A program made the position numbers and the translations under genes. Positions 1 through 10,081 of a stretch of 64,000 nucleotides of DNA are shown here, one piece after another. Every line of letters begins with the position of its first letter. Positions within the stretch are counted from its first letter, which is position 1. This stretch comes from Bacillota bacterium. Its GTDB lineage: Bacteria; Bacillota; Clostridia; Acetivibrionales; DTU013. The notes beneath the pieces were generated by a model. That model ran no database searches. It worked only from the letters and a program-made list of their open reading frames with translations, and was not told the DNA's origin. The DNA lies in NCBI GenBank assembly GCA_023435925.1, contig JAEZLF010000310.1, forward strand, positions 999 through 64,998. The letters run 5' to 3'.

Positions 1-1031
1 ATGTCTATTTCTGCCCGATGGGGTTGATCCATTGGGCATCACCCATCGTAAATGACGGTATTATGAAAGGTGCATTGATAGGCGGTCCTGTTTTAATGGT
101 CAATCCTGACGAATTTTTACTGGAGGAATTGATTCGGGAAAATGGTATCAGTGAAGATGAAATGGAAGAGCTTCATCAATATATCAAAACCATTCCTGTG
201 ATTCAACCTGATGTTGTGAACAGTCTATCCGAATTACTGCTCATTATTGCCGGCGATATCAGTGCCAACCAAACCCTTCTTGAAGGCCAACGGAAGTATT
301 ATGAACAACAGGCGGGAATATCTGAAGCTGTGCAGCAAATCAAGCAGTCCGGTTATACCGAATCTTCTTTAGCTCCATATCCTCTGGAGAAGGAAAAGGA
401 GCTCCTTACAAAAATTGCACTGGGTGACAAATCCTCCTCACAGAAAATTCTGAATGAAATACTGGGACATATTTTCTTCTCTTCGGGTAAGGATTTCAGT
501 GTTATTAAGGCAAGAGTTCTGGAACTGGTTGTTTTACTTTCGAGAGCTGCCGTTGAAGGCGGTGCCGATATCGAAGAAGTGTTCGGTCTGAATTTCAGAT
601 ATCTTTCCGATATTCATGCCTTTAAAACCGTTGAAGAGTTATCATCCTGGCTTTCCAACATCATGGCCAGATTTACCGACTGTGTGTTCAACCTGGCAGA
701 TGTTCGTCACAAGGATACGATTTATAAAGCTCTTGATTATATTAAACGGAATTTTAATAAAAGAATAACACTTGAAGAAGTAGCCGGTCAGGTCTTTCTA
801 AACTCATCCTATTTCAGTAAAATATTTAAAAATGAAATGAATACCACCTTCGTTTCATACGTGAACAAGATTCGAATAAATGCTGCCAAGAATCTGCTTT
901 CGGATATCAGCATACCATTGACCGATGTATCATGTATGGTTGGCTTTGAGGACCAAAGCTATTTTACAAAGGTTTTCAAAAAAGCAACCGGTGTAACGCC
1001 TGGGAAATACAGAGAATCAAGAGGGCAATAA
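1..1031 (+). CDS. AraC-family transcriptional regulator with PocR-like sensory N-terminus; the 5' end runs off the window
   Basis: The frame stays open upstream of the ATG at 18 (VYFCPMGLIHWASPIV, PocR-like). The C-terminus has the double AraC HTH (SSYFSKIFK...FEDQSYFTKVFKKATGVTPGKYR). Confidence 0.8.
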   Translation, partial: VYFCPMGLIHWASPIVNDGIMKGALIGGPVLMVNPDEFLLEELIRENGISEDEMEELHQYIKTIPVIQPDVVNSLSELLLIIAGDISANQTLLEGQRKYYEQQAGISEAVQQIKQSGYTESSLAPYPLEKEKELLTKIALGDKSSSQKILNEILGHIFFSSGKDFSVIKARVLELVVLLSRAAVEGGADIEEVFGLNFRYLSDIHAFKTVEELSSWLSNIMARFTDCVFNLADVRHKDTIYKALDYIKRNFNKRITLEEVAGQVFLNSSYFSKIFKNEMNTTFVSYVNKIRINAAKNLLSDISIPLTDVSCMVGFEDQSYFTKVFKKATGVTPGKYRESRGQ

Positions 1032-1101
1032 TCAGAACTCTTCACACTTAAAGCTCAGTTATTGCCCCCATTTCAGATGATCAAGGTAATTAATTTTTGT
1101 T

Positions 1102-1638
1102 TTACAGAATCAGATCTGTAATATCGTTCCAGCTTTTTTTCAGCAAGTTCTGGTAGCTGGAATGGAACATTTCCGTGTGCTGGTTTTCCCATTGGGCCAG
1201 TTCCTGCAGGAACTTCTTTGCATCAGGTTCCTCTACTGCATCCACGGCCTTACTGTAAAAATAGGCGAAGTCATGTTCAATTAAATAAGCCATACGTATG
1301 ATGGACAGATCCGCATCCGCCCCCGGAATAACAGGTATCGTGTCAGAGTTGTCTGCCAGAATGTGAGGATCCTGCGCTTTAGAGCTATCATCCACCACCC
1401 ATGATATGGTTTGCGGCGGCTCAGAATACTTCAGTTCTTCAAATTTCTTGTTCAGTATATGGTAGTGTTGTTTCTCAATCTGAGCCAACTCGGAAAAAAG
1501 GGACTTTGTTTTCTCCGATTCCGCTTTTTCCGCATAATACTCATAGAAGTCAGCGGCATCCTTTTCCATTCTCATTGCAAATTTCAGTATACTTTTCATC
1601 TTATCCATTTGCTCATCCTCCGTTTTTTTTAAATGCAC
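1102..1638 (-). CDS. ferritin-like / rubrerythrin-family domain protein
   Basis: Two repeated helical halves carry the acidic motifs DAADFYEYYAEKA and EHDFAYFYSKAV. The start overlaps the stop of the upstream oxidoreductase gene. Confidence 0.55.
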   Translation of the reverse strand: MHLKKTEDEQMDKMKSILKFAMRMEKDAADFYEYYAEKAESEKTKSLFSELAQIEKQHYHILNKKFEELKYSEPPQTISWVVDDSSKAQDPHILADNSDTIPVIPGADADLSIIRMAYLIEHDFAYFYSKAVDAVEEPDAKKFLQELAQWENQHTEMFHSSYQNLLKKSWNDITDLIL

Positions 1639-2498
1639 TATATAAAATCATTCATATAGCTCTTAATTTTATTCAAATCAACAGTTCTGTCTACCAATGG
1701 AGGACCTTCTCTAAGGAAGTCCAGCTTATCCTGGAAGGTTTCCTTCTCCTGTTTAAATAAAATGCCTGTCGGTATCCTGTCTCCCCATTCCATGGCTTTC
1801 TCCATTGCGGCAAGCTTATTTGAAGGGTCATACTCCTCCGGCAGCTTATAAACTCTTTTATTGTACCATTGATATGTATTTATTTTATTAAAGGTCACAC
1901 AGGGCTGTAAAATATCAACAAGGGCATATCCCCTGTGATTAATGGCCTCCTTCATGATGGACACAAGCTGTTCACGGTTTCCCGTAAATGCTCTGGCAAC
2001 AAAACCGGCACCTAGTGTAATCGCCAACAGCACAGGATTCATTGGTTCATTCATGGAACCGGCCGGTTGAACGGTCGTAACCATGTTCAGATCGGTTGTC
2101 GGTGAAGCCTGACCTTTCGTTAGTCCATAGATCTGATTGTCGTGGACAAAGTGTGTAATATCTACATTTCTGCGTATATTATGTATAAAATGGTTTCCGC
2201 CTTCGCCATAGGAGTCCCCATCCCCCGTATCCACAATAACCGTTAAAGCACTGTTGACTATTTTGGCGGCAGCTGCAGGAGGAAGAGATCTTCCATGCAG
2301 ACCGCAGAAGCCGTTGGCATTCAGATACTGCGGTGTCTTGGCAGCTTGCCCGATACCGGCAGCCAGCAGCACCTCATGAGGCTTTTTCCCCAGCTCTTCG
2401 AGAGCACTTTTCAATGCCGCAATAATTTCAAAATTCCCACAACCCGGGCACCATGCCGTTTCAGAGATACTAAACAGACTATCACACATCGGTTTCAC
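1638..2498 (-). CDS. 2-oxoacid:ferredoxin oxidoreductase, beta (TPP-binding) subunit
   Basis: N-terminal CPGCGNF motif and the GDGD..YGEGGNH TPP-binding region. It overlaps the alpha subunit gene. Confidence 0.85.
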   Translation of the reverse strand: MKPMCDSLFSISETAWCPGCGNFEIIAALKSALEELGKKPHEVLLAAGIGQAAKTPQYLNANGFCGLHGRSLPPAAAAKIVNSALTVIVDTGDGDSYGEGGNHFIHNIRRNVDITHFVHDNQIYGLTKGQASPTTDLNMVTTVQPAGSMNEPMNPVLLAITLGAGFVARAFTGNREQLVSIMKEAINHRGYALVDILQPCVTFNKINTYQWYNKRVYKLPEEYDPSNKLAAMEKAMEWGDRIPTGILFKQEKETFQDKLDFLREGPPLVDRTVDLNKIKSYMNDFI

Positions 2499-4164
2499 GC
2501 TCCTTTACCTTTGAATAGATATCTCGGGCATTGATCGCACGTCCGTCATATTTTAAAACGCTTTCGGTGCAGAATAACCCTGTTACCTCGGAAATCAGTG
2601 AAGCCAGCTGTCCGGTGGCATTCTGTTCCACATTGATCAGTCTGGATGCCTTTTGCGCTTTTTCCTTCAGCAGCTTCACCGGCAACGGCCATATGTCCCC
2701 AAATACCAAAGCACCATATTTTTGCCCGCCGGTACGATTCAACATATCAACCGCTTCCTTCACCGGACCCCAGGTGGAACCCCAAGCCAGCAGCAGAACT
2801 TCACAAGCCTCACCACCAATATATTCAGGCTCCTGAAGCTCATTTTTCAGGAGCTCCAGCTTCCTCATACGCTTATCCGTTTGTTGTACCCGCACTTCAG
2901 CAGACTCTGTGATGTGTCCGTATTCATCATGCTCATCACTATCTGCTGTAAACACAACTCCCTCGTATTTTCCGGGGACGATTCTCGGTGATATTCCCGA
3001 TTCCGACAATTCGTACCTTTTATACTCCTTCAGCTGCTCATTCGATAGATGAACCATGAAACGGTTCTCCGCTTTGTCAAACTTAAATGGCTCTGTTGTC
3101 ACTGTTGTATCTGCCAGAAACTGGTCGCTGAGCAATATAACAGGCAGCTGATACCGATCCGCCAGATCAAAAGCTCTTATGGTCTGATTGAATGCATCCT
3201 CCGGATTTCTGAGCGCTATTACCATCCTTGGGAATTCTCCATGGGAAGCAGAGACAACAAATTTTAGGTCGCTTTGCTCCGTCCTCGTCGGCAAACCGGT
3301 CACCGGCCCAGGTCTTTGAACATCAGCAACCACCAGAGGAAGTTCCATCATTCCCGACAATCCAAGTGCCTCCACCATCAGGGAAAATCCACCTCCGGAG
3401 GTTCCTGTCATTGCCCGCACTCCGGCAAAGGATGCACCGATTGCCATATTGATCGCCGCTATTTCATCCTCCGCCTGCTCCACAACGATTTCAGCGTCAA
3501 ACATTTTCGATGCAAGATAATTCATAATGCTCGTAGAAGGTGTCATTGGATAAGCGGAGTAGAATTTGCATCCGGCCGCCAGTGCTCCGAGTGCAACAGC
3601 ATCATTACCGTTGATCAGCAAGCTCCCGTCACCATTCGGTGAAACAGTGTGGGTTCCTTTTTCTACGAGGCTGCTTCCCTTTTCTACAGCAGAAAGATTA
3701 ACTGCTGCCGCCTCTGTTGAAAAGCTTTCTTCAAATATCGCATGAATACCCTCGAAATCAATTCCAAGAAGGGCAAAGACTGCACCGAGAGCAATGCTTC
3801 CTGATACCCTTATGTTTCCCAATTCTTTGGCAGCCTTCTTTAACGGCAGTTTATGGAGTCTGTGATCGTCGTAAGCCACTTCCTCATCGGAAACGGCAAA
3901 CCCGCCGGATTTCAGCCTTCCCATATGCAGTTCCAGTGTTTCTTCATTTAGTGCGATGATACCGTCCAACTCGTCAGAGTGTGAATAAATTTTCCGGTTA
4001 CCAAATCTGATCTGCATAAAATTATGTCCACCACGTACTCTGGACATATAATCTCTGATTGTTAGTATATGGAACCCCTTCCTTTTTAGCAGCTTTTCGA
4101 ATACTGCGGCAAGGGTGTCCATTCCCTGTCCGGCTGCTCCGCCGATCAGTATATTGTAAATCAC
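2482..4164 (-). CDS. 2-oxoacid:ferredoxin oxidoreductase, fused gamma/alpha subunit
   Basis: N-terminal IGGAGGQG gamma-type domain followed by an alpha-subunit core (YPMTPST, GTSGGGF). It is operonic with the beta subunit. Confidence 0.85.
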   Translation of the reverse strand: MIYNILIGGAAGQGMDTLAAVFEKLLKRKGFHILTIRDYMSRVRGGHNFMQIRFGNRKIYSHSDELDGIIALNEETLELHMGRLKSGGFAVSDEEVAYDDHRLHKLPLKKAAKELGNIRVSGSIALGAVFALLGIDFEGIHAIFEESFSTEAAAVNLSAVEKGSSLVEKGTHTVSPNGDGSLLINGNDAVALGALAAGCKFYSAYPMTPSTSIMNYLASKMFDAEIVVEQAEDEIAAINMAIGASFAGVRAMTGTSGGGFSLMVEALGLSGMMELPLVVADVQRPGPVTGLPTRTEQSDLKFVVSASHGEFPRMVIALRNPEDAFNQTIRAFDLADRYQLPVILLSDQFLADTTVTTEPFKFDKAENRFMVHLSNEQLKEYKRYELSESGISPRIVPGKYEGVVFTADSDEHDEYGHITESAEVRVQQTDKRMRKLELLKNELQEPEYIGGEACEVLLLAWGSTWGPVKEAVDMLNRTGGQKYGALVFGDIWPLPVKLLKEKAQKASRLINVEQNATGQLASLISEVTGLFCTESVLKYDGRAINARDIYSKVKERETDV

Positions 4165-4338
4165 ATTTCCACCTCACATATCATATATATTTTGTGCAAG
4201 CTACCAGCAAAAACTCATATAAATAAATACCCTGCAAAATCCCTTTAAAACAAACAAGTGAGCTTTCTTGACATTTATTCAGCTTTATAGTAACTTCAAT
4301 ATTAGGAATTCATGTCACTGCAAATACCGAGGTAAAGC

Positions 4339-5388
4339 ATGTTTAATAAAGCGTTTATCAATGACCTGAAGAATCTGGGCATATTTGTCGGAATATACAC
4401 TGTCCTGTTTATCTTGCTCTATAGCACCAGGACATTTACATTCCCTTTTATTCTTGCCTTTGCAATCGCTTTTTTGATCCAACCTGTAACAAAATTTTTC
4501 AGAACCAGATTGAAGTTCAAACGGAATGTACCGGCGCTTCTTGCTTCCATTGCCGTATATATTATCCTGTTCGCTCTTCTGTCGCTGCTATTCTACAGTA
4601 TCATATTCGAAGCCAGGCAACTTCTCATAAACCTTTCCAGTGCCAATCTGGAAATTGTTTTGAACCCTGCCCGCAATTTAATCAAAGAAATCGGGCTCTA
4701 TTTTCAGCAAATCGACCCTGCTTTTATCGAAAAAAATAGCAGCCAACTATCCAGCCTTCTGAAAAACAGCGTGGACATCGTCGGTAAAAGCCTGAGTACG
4801 TTTCTGTCCATTGCGATGTCAGTTCCCATGTGGATTACCGTCATATTTATCGTTATCCTATCCACTTATTTCTTCTCTAGAGATATGACAAGTATCAAGA
4901 AAAGAACGGTTTCCATTTTTTCCGAAGATGGAAGGCAGAAGTTTGAAAAAGTATGGAATCAGGGCATCAAAATGCTGACACAATATGTAAAAGCATATTT
5001 CTTTATCTATTTTCTTACCTTTGTCCAAACGCTTATCGGTTTTTCCATATTAGGTGTGAAATACAATGTGATACTCAGTATCATCTGTGCTGTTGCAGAT
5101 GTCCTTCCTATACTCGGCATCGGTATTATATACTTACCTCTGGCGCTGATCTATATATTAGCAGGCAATTATTTTACCGGTATCGGCATTCTTGTTTTGT
5201 TTGTTCTGATCAGCATTGTACGTCAGATTGTAGAGCCGAAAATCGTATCTACATCACTTGGAATTCACCCGGTTGCAACACTTGTAGCAATATTCGTCGG
5301 TCTGAAGGCTTTTGGTTTCGTTGGAATGGTGTTTTTCACATTTATGATCGTGTTTTACAAGGTTCTAAGAGGTTCAAAAATATTGTAA
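4339..5388 (+). CDS. AI-2E family transporter / YtvI-like sporulation integral membrane protein
   Basis: 349 aa with multiple TM helices and a family-typical C-terminal EPKI..S.LG.HP motif (VEPKIVSTSLGIHPVATL). Confidence 0.65.
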   Translation: MFNKAFINDLKNLGIFVGIYTVLFILLYSTRTFTFPFILAFAIAFLIQPVTKFFRTRLKFKRNVPALLASIAVYIILFALLSLLFYSIIFEARQLLINLSSANLEIVLNPARNLIKEIGLYFQQIDPAFIEKNSSQLSSLLKNSVDIVGKSLSTFLSIAMSVPMWITVIFIVILSTYFFSRDMTSIKKRTVSIFSEDGRQKFEKVWNQGIKMLTQYVKAYFFIYFLTFVQTLIGFSILGVKYNVILSIICAVADVLPILGIGIIYLPLALIYILAGNYFTGIGILVLFVLISIVRQIVEPKIVSTSLGIHPVATLVAIFVGLKAFGFVGMVFFTFMIVFYKVLRGSKIL

Positions 5389-5434
5389 TCGAAGATGGAT
5401 AAAATACTGTTATTATAGAGAGAGCAAAGGAAGG

Positions 5435-6826
5435 GTGTTTCATATCGAAAATCGTTTTAACGGGTTTCAGGAAAAGAGAATGAAAATATTTGGAGAGCTT
5501 GTGAAAAGGTATTGGAACGGCGGTTTAAAAAACAATGACGATCTGAACCATCTTGCCTCCGAAATCAAAGAAAAGTTCAGCTTCAATGAGGAAGACATGT
5601 CCTTTATCAAAGATCACATACGGATCGCAATGGGTCAGAACCCCTCCGGAAATGCTGAATTCAAGGATGAGCTTGATATCGTCGGTAGATCCGAATCGAT
5701 AAGTGAGCCCATTGTCGCAAAAATACAAGGTGTATGCGAATATTGTGATAGTGAAAACTGTAAAGATATGTGCAAATACGAAGCGCAAATTTACCAGAGA
5801 AGTGAAGGTCCGGTTATCGTAAATGACAAATGCCTCAGCTGCGGGAATTGTGTCACCGGCTGTGATTTCGGTGCATTGGCCGATAAAATCGAATTCCTGC
5901 CTCTTGTCAACCTGCTGAAGGACAAAGGATCCACTGTATTTGCTGCCGTAGCTCCTGCTATAGTCGGGCAATTCGGCGATAATGTCTCCATGGGACAGCT
6001 CAGAACCGCTTTCAAGCTTATGGGCTTTTCAGACATGATTGAGGTTGCCATGTTTGCAGATATACTGACCATCCGGGAGGCTTTTGAGTTCAGTCACCTT
6101 GTTAAAACCGAAGAGGATTTCTACCTGACCAGCTGTTGCTGCCCGATCTGGTTCAACCTCACAAAGAAAGGCTATCCGGATATGTATAAGCACATGTCAC
6201 CTTCCGTCTCACCGATGATCGCATCCGGCCGGTTCCTTAAAAGCATGTATAAGGATGCAAAGGTAGTGTTCATAGCGCCATGTATAGCCAAGAAAACCGA
6301 AATCAATGAACCGGAGTTGAAGGGTGCCATTGATTTTGTCGTTAATTTCAGAGAGCTGTCAGAAGTATTTTCCGCCCTTGACATCCATTTGGAGGAACTG
6401 CCGGCTGATGAAAAAGACCAGGCCTCACTTGGTGGCCGCCTTTATGCCAGAACCGGCGGCGTAAGCTTCTCGGTAAAAACGGTCGTAAACAGACTGGAGC
6501 CCCGAAGACTGATTAAGCTAAAATCCCGAAAGGTTGACGGTGTTAAAAGCTGTAAGGAAGTACTAGACGATTTAACGAATAATAAGGACATCGGCGCCAA
6601 CTTTATAGAAGGAATGGGCTGTGTCGGCGGCTGTGTTGGTGGTCCAAGAACCAATATCAACGTTGATAAGGCTAGGAATATGGTAAACGATTTCGGAGAG
6701 GATTCTCTGATCATGACCCCTTTTGACAACCTGAATGTAATGAAAATACTCAAGCAATCCGGGATTAACTCCATTGAGGAAATCGTGGAGAACGAACACG
6801 TTTCAAAGCTGCTTTCAAGAGAATAG
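5435..6826 (+). CDS. [FeFe]-hydrogenase-like protein (H-cluster domain plus ferredoxin-type 4Fe-4S domain)
   Basis: H-cluster signatures TSCCCPIW, APCIAKKTE and EGMGCVGGCVGGP, plus CLSCGNCVTGCDFGAL. The start is uncertain: GTG at 5435 or the ATG 15 codons downstream. Confidence 0.8.
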   Translation: MFHIENRFNGFQEKRMKIFGELVKRYWNGGLKNNDDLNHLASEIKEKFSFNEEDMSFIKDHIRIAMGQNPSGNAEFKDELDIVGRSESISEPIVAKIQGVCEYCDSENCKDMCKYEAQIYQRSEGPVIVNDKCLSCGNCVTGCDFGALADKIEFLPLVNLLKDKGSTVFAAVAPAIVGQFGDNVSMGQLRTAFKLMGFSDMIEVAMFADILTIREAFEFSHLVKTEEDFYLTSCCCPIWFNLTKKGYPDMYKHMSPSVSPMIASGRFLKSMYKDAKVVFIAPCIAKKTEINEPELKGAIDFVVNFRELSEVFSALDIHLEELPADEKDQASLGGRLYARTGGVSFSVKTVVNRLEPRRLIKLKSRKVDGVKSCKEVLDDLTNNKDIGANFIEGMGCVGGCVGGPRTNINVDKARNMVNDFGEDSLIMTPFDNLNVMKILKQSGINSIEEIVENEHVSKLLSRE

Positions 6827-6875
6827 CCGGATTTTCTCAATCAATCCGGCCCTTTTGGACGATATATATCCTTTA

Positions 6876-8351
6876 TCAGTCATCCTGATGCGTTTTGTTC
6901 TTCTTGCCGCAGCAGTTTTTGTATTGTTTCCCGCTTCCGCAAGAGCATGTGCTTTTACTTTCAGCAATGTCCTCCTTTCGGATAAAAGGCCTTATATTAG
7001 ACATTTCCTCAGTGACACCATGCTTCTTCCCTGAAAGTTCTGCAGACCGTTTCTCCTTTGTGTCGGGTAAATTCTCAGGTTCTTCCCCGTCATACTCATC
7101 GGCATACTCATCCCCATAGTCTTCGTCCCACTGTTCCATCAATTCCTCGAAGGTATCCTGATATTTATAGACAAGTGCCTGATATCTGGTGGTCAATATC
7201 CTTCTCTTTTTTGAATTCTGCATATCATTAAGAAATTCTTCCTTTAAACGATATAAATTAGGGTACTTATTCTTCATATATCTTATTGGCATGAGGTATT
7301 CAGTATAATCGTGCAGAAGTTGATATTCATTCATCACTGTATATGCTTCCCTCTGCCGCTCTGTCATCCCTTCTGAGGTTTCCGGAAAGAGTTCATTGAC
7401 AATCAGCGCCACCAACCCGTCCGGAATCGTGTCATCCTCCTCAAATCTGCAAAACTCCGGTTCAAGCTCCAGAATCATTTCAATTTTCTTCTTCGCCTCT
7501 ACAATATCTTCACGGTCAGGTAATAGCTTCATAATGACACTCATGCATTTATTTGCCTCTAAATACATCTGATTTTCAAGATAGAAGTCCAGTGCATTGA
7601 ACAACATATCACCTGAATCCAGCTTCTCTTCATTATCTGTTTGAATATCAGGAAGCATTTCCATATATTGAATGCTTTCTGAAAATTTCTTCTCCAGCGA
7701 TAAAATAAACACCAATCGTGCGCAGATCCTATGCTTTTTTTCTTCAAATGCAGGATTTTGATATGCTTCCTTTAAAATCCCCTCAGCTTCAGCAAGCTTA
7801 CCGGTATGCAAGTAACCTTTTGCCAGAAACAACGCAAACATAACATGATCCTTATTCCGTTCATAGCCAGTTTTTGCAAAAGTAACTGCTTTTTTATAGT
7901 TTTCATTTGCAATACAGGCCTCTGTCAGATACAGCAGCAAGTCCGTATCATATGGATACCTGTTCAGCAACAGTTCAAATGCTTTAATAGCCTTGGTGTA
8001 TTTCTCCGTTCTCAGACATGCTATTCCTAGAAGGTAATACAGGTGTGTATTATGGTTTTCTGTCCTGATCGCTTTGTCCAGTATTTTGATTGCTTCTGAA
8101 TAAAAGCCGTCTTCCATTGACTGCTCCGCAAGCTTATAAACCTGCTTTGAAGCATGATTCATGCAGTGAAAATCCCGGCAAGCATCAAACAACGATGGAT
8201 TCATCAGTAATTGGTATGCTTTTTCAATTTGGTTGTTTTCTGCAGGATACTGCTCTGCAGGGTATTTCATCAGCATTTCCTGGTAAGCCTTCTCAATTTC
8301 AGAGGCATTTGCATTCTCATCTATCTGCAGTACTTCAAAATAGTCTCTCAT
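6876..8351 (-). CDS. TPR-repeat protein with J-domain-like N-terminus and C-terminal SEC-C zinc motif
   Basis: N-terminus DYFEVLQIDENANASEIEKAYQEMLMKY is J-like, but no HPD is visible. The body is TPR-like helical repeats and the C-terminus is CSCGSGKQYKNCCGKK. Confidence 0.6.
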   Translation of the reverse strand: MRDYFEVLQIDENANASEIEKAYQEMLMKYPAEQYPAENNQIEKAYQLLMNPSLFDACRDFHCMNHASKQVYKLAEQSMEDGFYSEAIKILDKAIRTENHNTHLYYLLGIACLRTEKYTKAIKAFELLLNRYPYDTDLLLYLTEACIANENYKKAVTFAKTGYERNKDHVMFALFLAKGYLHTGKLAEAEGILKEAYQNPAFEEKKHRICARLVFILSLEKKFSESIQYMEMLPDIQTDNEEKLDSGDMLFNALDFYLENQMYLEANKCMSVIMKLLPDREDIVEAKKKIEMILELEPEFCRFEEDDTIPDGLVALIVNELFPETSEGMTERQREAYTVMNEYQLLHDYTEYLMPIRYMKNKYPNLYRLKEEFLNDMQNSKKRRILTTRYQALVYKYQDTFEELMEQWDEDYGDEYADEYDGEEPENLPDTKEKRSAELSGKKHGVTEEMSNIRPFIRKEDIAESKSTCSCGSGKQYKNCCGKKNKTHQDD

Positions 8352-8484
8352 CTTATCCTCTCACATTACCCCGCTTCTTTTCCACTTGTCGTACAATATC
8401 ATTATACCATTATTGTTATGTTGTGACACTTCAAATGGCCTGTTTTCCCTATTCGCCTTTGAGCCCTATGCTTTCAGCAACAGT

Positions 8485-9027
8485 CTACATCCCCCGTATT
8501 GTTTCCTCTATAATGTAATCCAGTTCAAGCCCGAGCCTCTCTGCTCCCTGTGCGATAATGTCCCTGTCTACCCCCGCAGCAAAGCTTTTTTGCTTCCACT
8601 TTTTCTTTACAGACTTCAGTTCCAGATCAAGAACACTTTTGTTTGGCCGCATTAAAGCAGTTGCTGCAATCAGACCTGTAAGCTCATCAATAGTAAACAG
8701 AACCCATTCCATTCTTTCAGAAGGCTCTACATCACAGCATATTCCCCAGCCATGACTCTGTATTGCATGTATGTAATCCTCCGGCCACTTATTCTCCGAA
8801 AGTATTTCTTTTGCCTTTACACAATGCTGTTCCGGATACATTTCATAATCGACATCATGTATTAGTCCAACAATACCCCATTTTTCCTGATCCCGTTCAT
8901 TTAAAATAATTGCAAAATGCCTCATGACCGCTTCTACAGTCAGAGCATGCTTAATAAGACTGTCATTCTTATTGTATTTTTCCAACAGCCGGTACGCCTG
9001 TTCTCTGGTTGGTGCTATGGTACTCAA
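8485..9027 (-). CDS. HD/HDIG-domain phosphohydrolase
   Basis: H...HD signature (IKHALTVEAVMRHFA ... GLIHDVDYE) in a 180-aa protein. Confidence 0.7.
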   Translation of the reverse strand: MSTIAPTREQAYRLLEKYNKNDSLIKHALTVEAVMRHFAIILNERDQEKWGIVGLIHDVDYEMYPEQHCVKAKEILSENKWPEDYIHAIQSHGWGICCDVEPSERMEWVLFTIDELTGLIAATALMRPNKSVLDLELKSVKKKWKQKSFAAGVDRDIIAQGAERLGLELDYIIEETIRGM

Positions 9028-9199
9028 ATGAGTCCCCTCCTTCTTTTGTTTCTGGTATTCTATTTAGTATAGCAAACTTGCACCTTATTCTACAAGCGGT
9101 TCGAAAATTAGATAAAGTATGCAGAAAGCGGAAACAATCATTATCTTTCAATTTAAGCTACATGCTTATGCCGGAATGAATCCGGCACATGCTCATGCA

Positions 9200-9353
9200 G
9201 GCTACGCCTACGCGCCCCGCTTCACGTGGCGTTTGGACAACGTCAGTGGGAGATTGTAACCCGCCACTGACAGCTTTTTCAATCGGTTACCCCCACCAAG
9301 GCTTTTTGCATAAGCAAAAGAGCCATGAGGAGGGGGACTGTGACGTTGTTCAA
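9200..9353 (+). repeat. Structured intergenic repeat element, copy 1 (Y-shaped multi-hairpin; second copy at 15607-15738)
   Basis: It shares CGTGGCGTTTGRACAACGTCAGTGGG..TGTAACCCGCCACTGACAGCTTTTTCAATCGGT..GGAGGGGGACTGTGACGTTGTTCAA with copy 2. Terminal 13-14 nt inverted repeats enclose two internal hairpins. Copy 1 has an extra GGCTTTTTGC/GCAAAAGAGCC hairpin insertion. Confidence 0.7.
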
Positions 9354-9895
9354 TAAAAATGAACAGGGAGGAATTCCTGATGGAATCCTCCCTGCTGCTT
9401 CAGATGTTCGGTTTAACTACCTGTAACGCCAGCATTAATTCATTTAAGGTGAGCCATTGTCATTCAATTACTGCCCGAATCACCATTGGCCATCCCGTAG
9501 GATCAGCTCCAATTCTACAATTTCTTGTAAAACAAAAGCTGTAATCATCTGCGGGATTGAAGTTGAAGAAATTATCCAACTTAATCATCTCCCAGCCTTG
9601 GAATGAATACTATACCAACACCAAGCATACTGTAATAACCATAAATGGTTATCCATAGTACACGTGGTATAGCCTCCAGCTTAGATACTAAACCACACCC
9701 TTCAGCACTGCGGACACATAATCAATATATCACTTACTATATTGATCAACTACTGCATCCGATACTATTATGAGCTTTCTATCGATAAATATTCCAGGAG
9801 AGATGCTCAATCGTTATGGCAATATCTGATAGGTTTTATTAATCAGATTCTGTGAAATAATAAATAAAACTATATAGAAAAAGGAGAATGAAGCT

Positions 9896-10036
9896 ATGAG
9901 CCACAAAGGAAATAAAGATCATAAAGTATCGTCAAAAACAAAATCCAGGAATAAATCGGAGAAAAATATTAACCCAAACAATGCAGGATCTGATTTCAAT
10001 AATCAAAGTGAACCGAAAGAAAAAGCAAAGCAATAA
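9896..10036 (+). CDS. small (46 aa) highly basic/hydrophilic protein upstream of ku
   Basis: AAAGGAGA RBS 7 nt before the ATG. Translation: MSHKGNKDHKVSSKTKSRNKSEKNINPNNAGSDFNNQSEPKEKAKQ. It is below the ORF-track size cutoff. Confidence 0.4.
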   Translation: MSHKGNKDHKVSSKTKSRNKSEKNINPNNAGSDFNNQSEPKEKAKQ

Positions 10037-10081
10037 CGTCACACTGAGCGTATTCCTACAATCATTGGAGGCGATTTTATT

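Noticed and set aside
8240-8300. A second CUGAUGA box occurs on the minus strand, followed by CUGCAG..CUGCAG and AAAAC (possible hammerhead).
   Set aside because: It lies inside the TPR protein's coding repeat (YPAEQYPAE). There is no proper GAAA junction, no complementary stem I or III, and no UH cleavage context. Other CUGAUGA hits (about 30110, 37131, 41270, 45702, 6368, 10556, 11856, 24566) fail for the same reasons.
9359-9620. Small ORFs on both strands downstream of repeat copy 1 (61-aa plus-strand ORF; 42-aa minus-strand MIKLDNFFNFNPADDY...).
   Set aside because: There is no convincing RBS or spacing and no recognisable domains. They are probably non-coding or gene debris.
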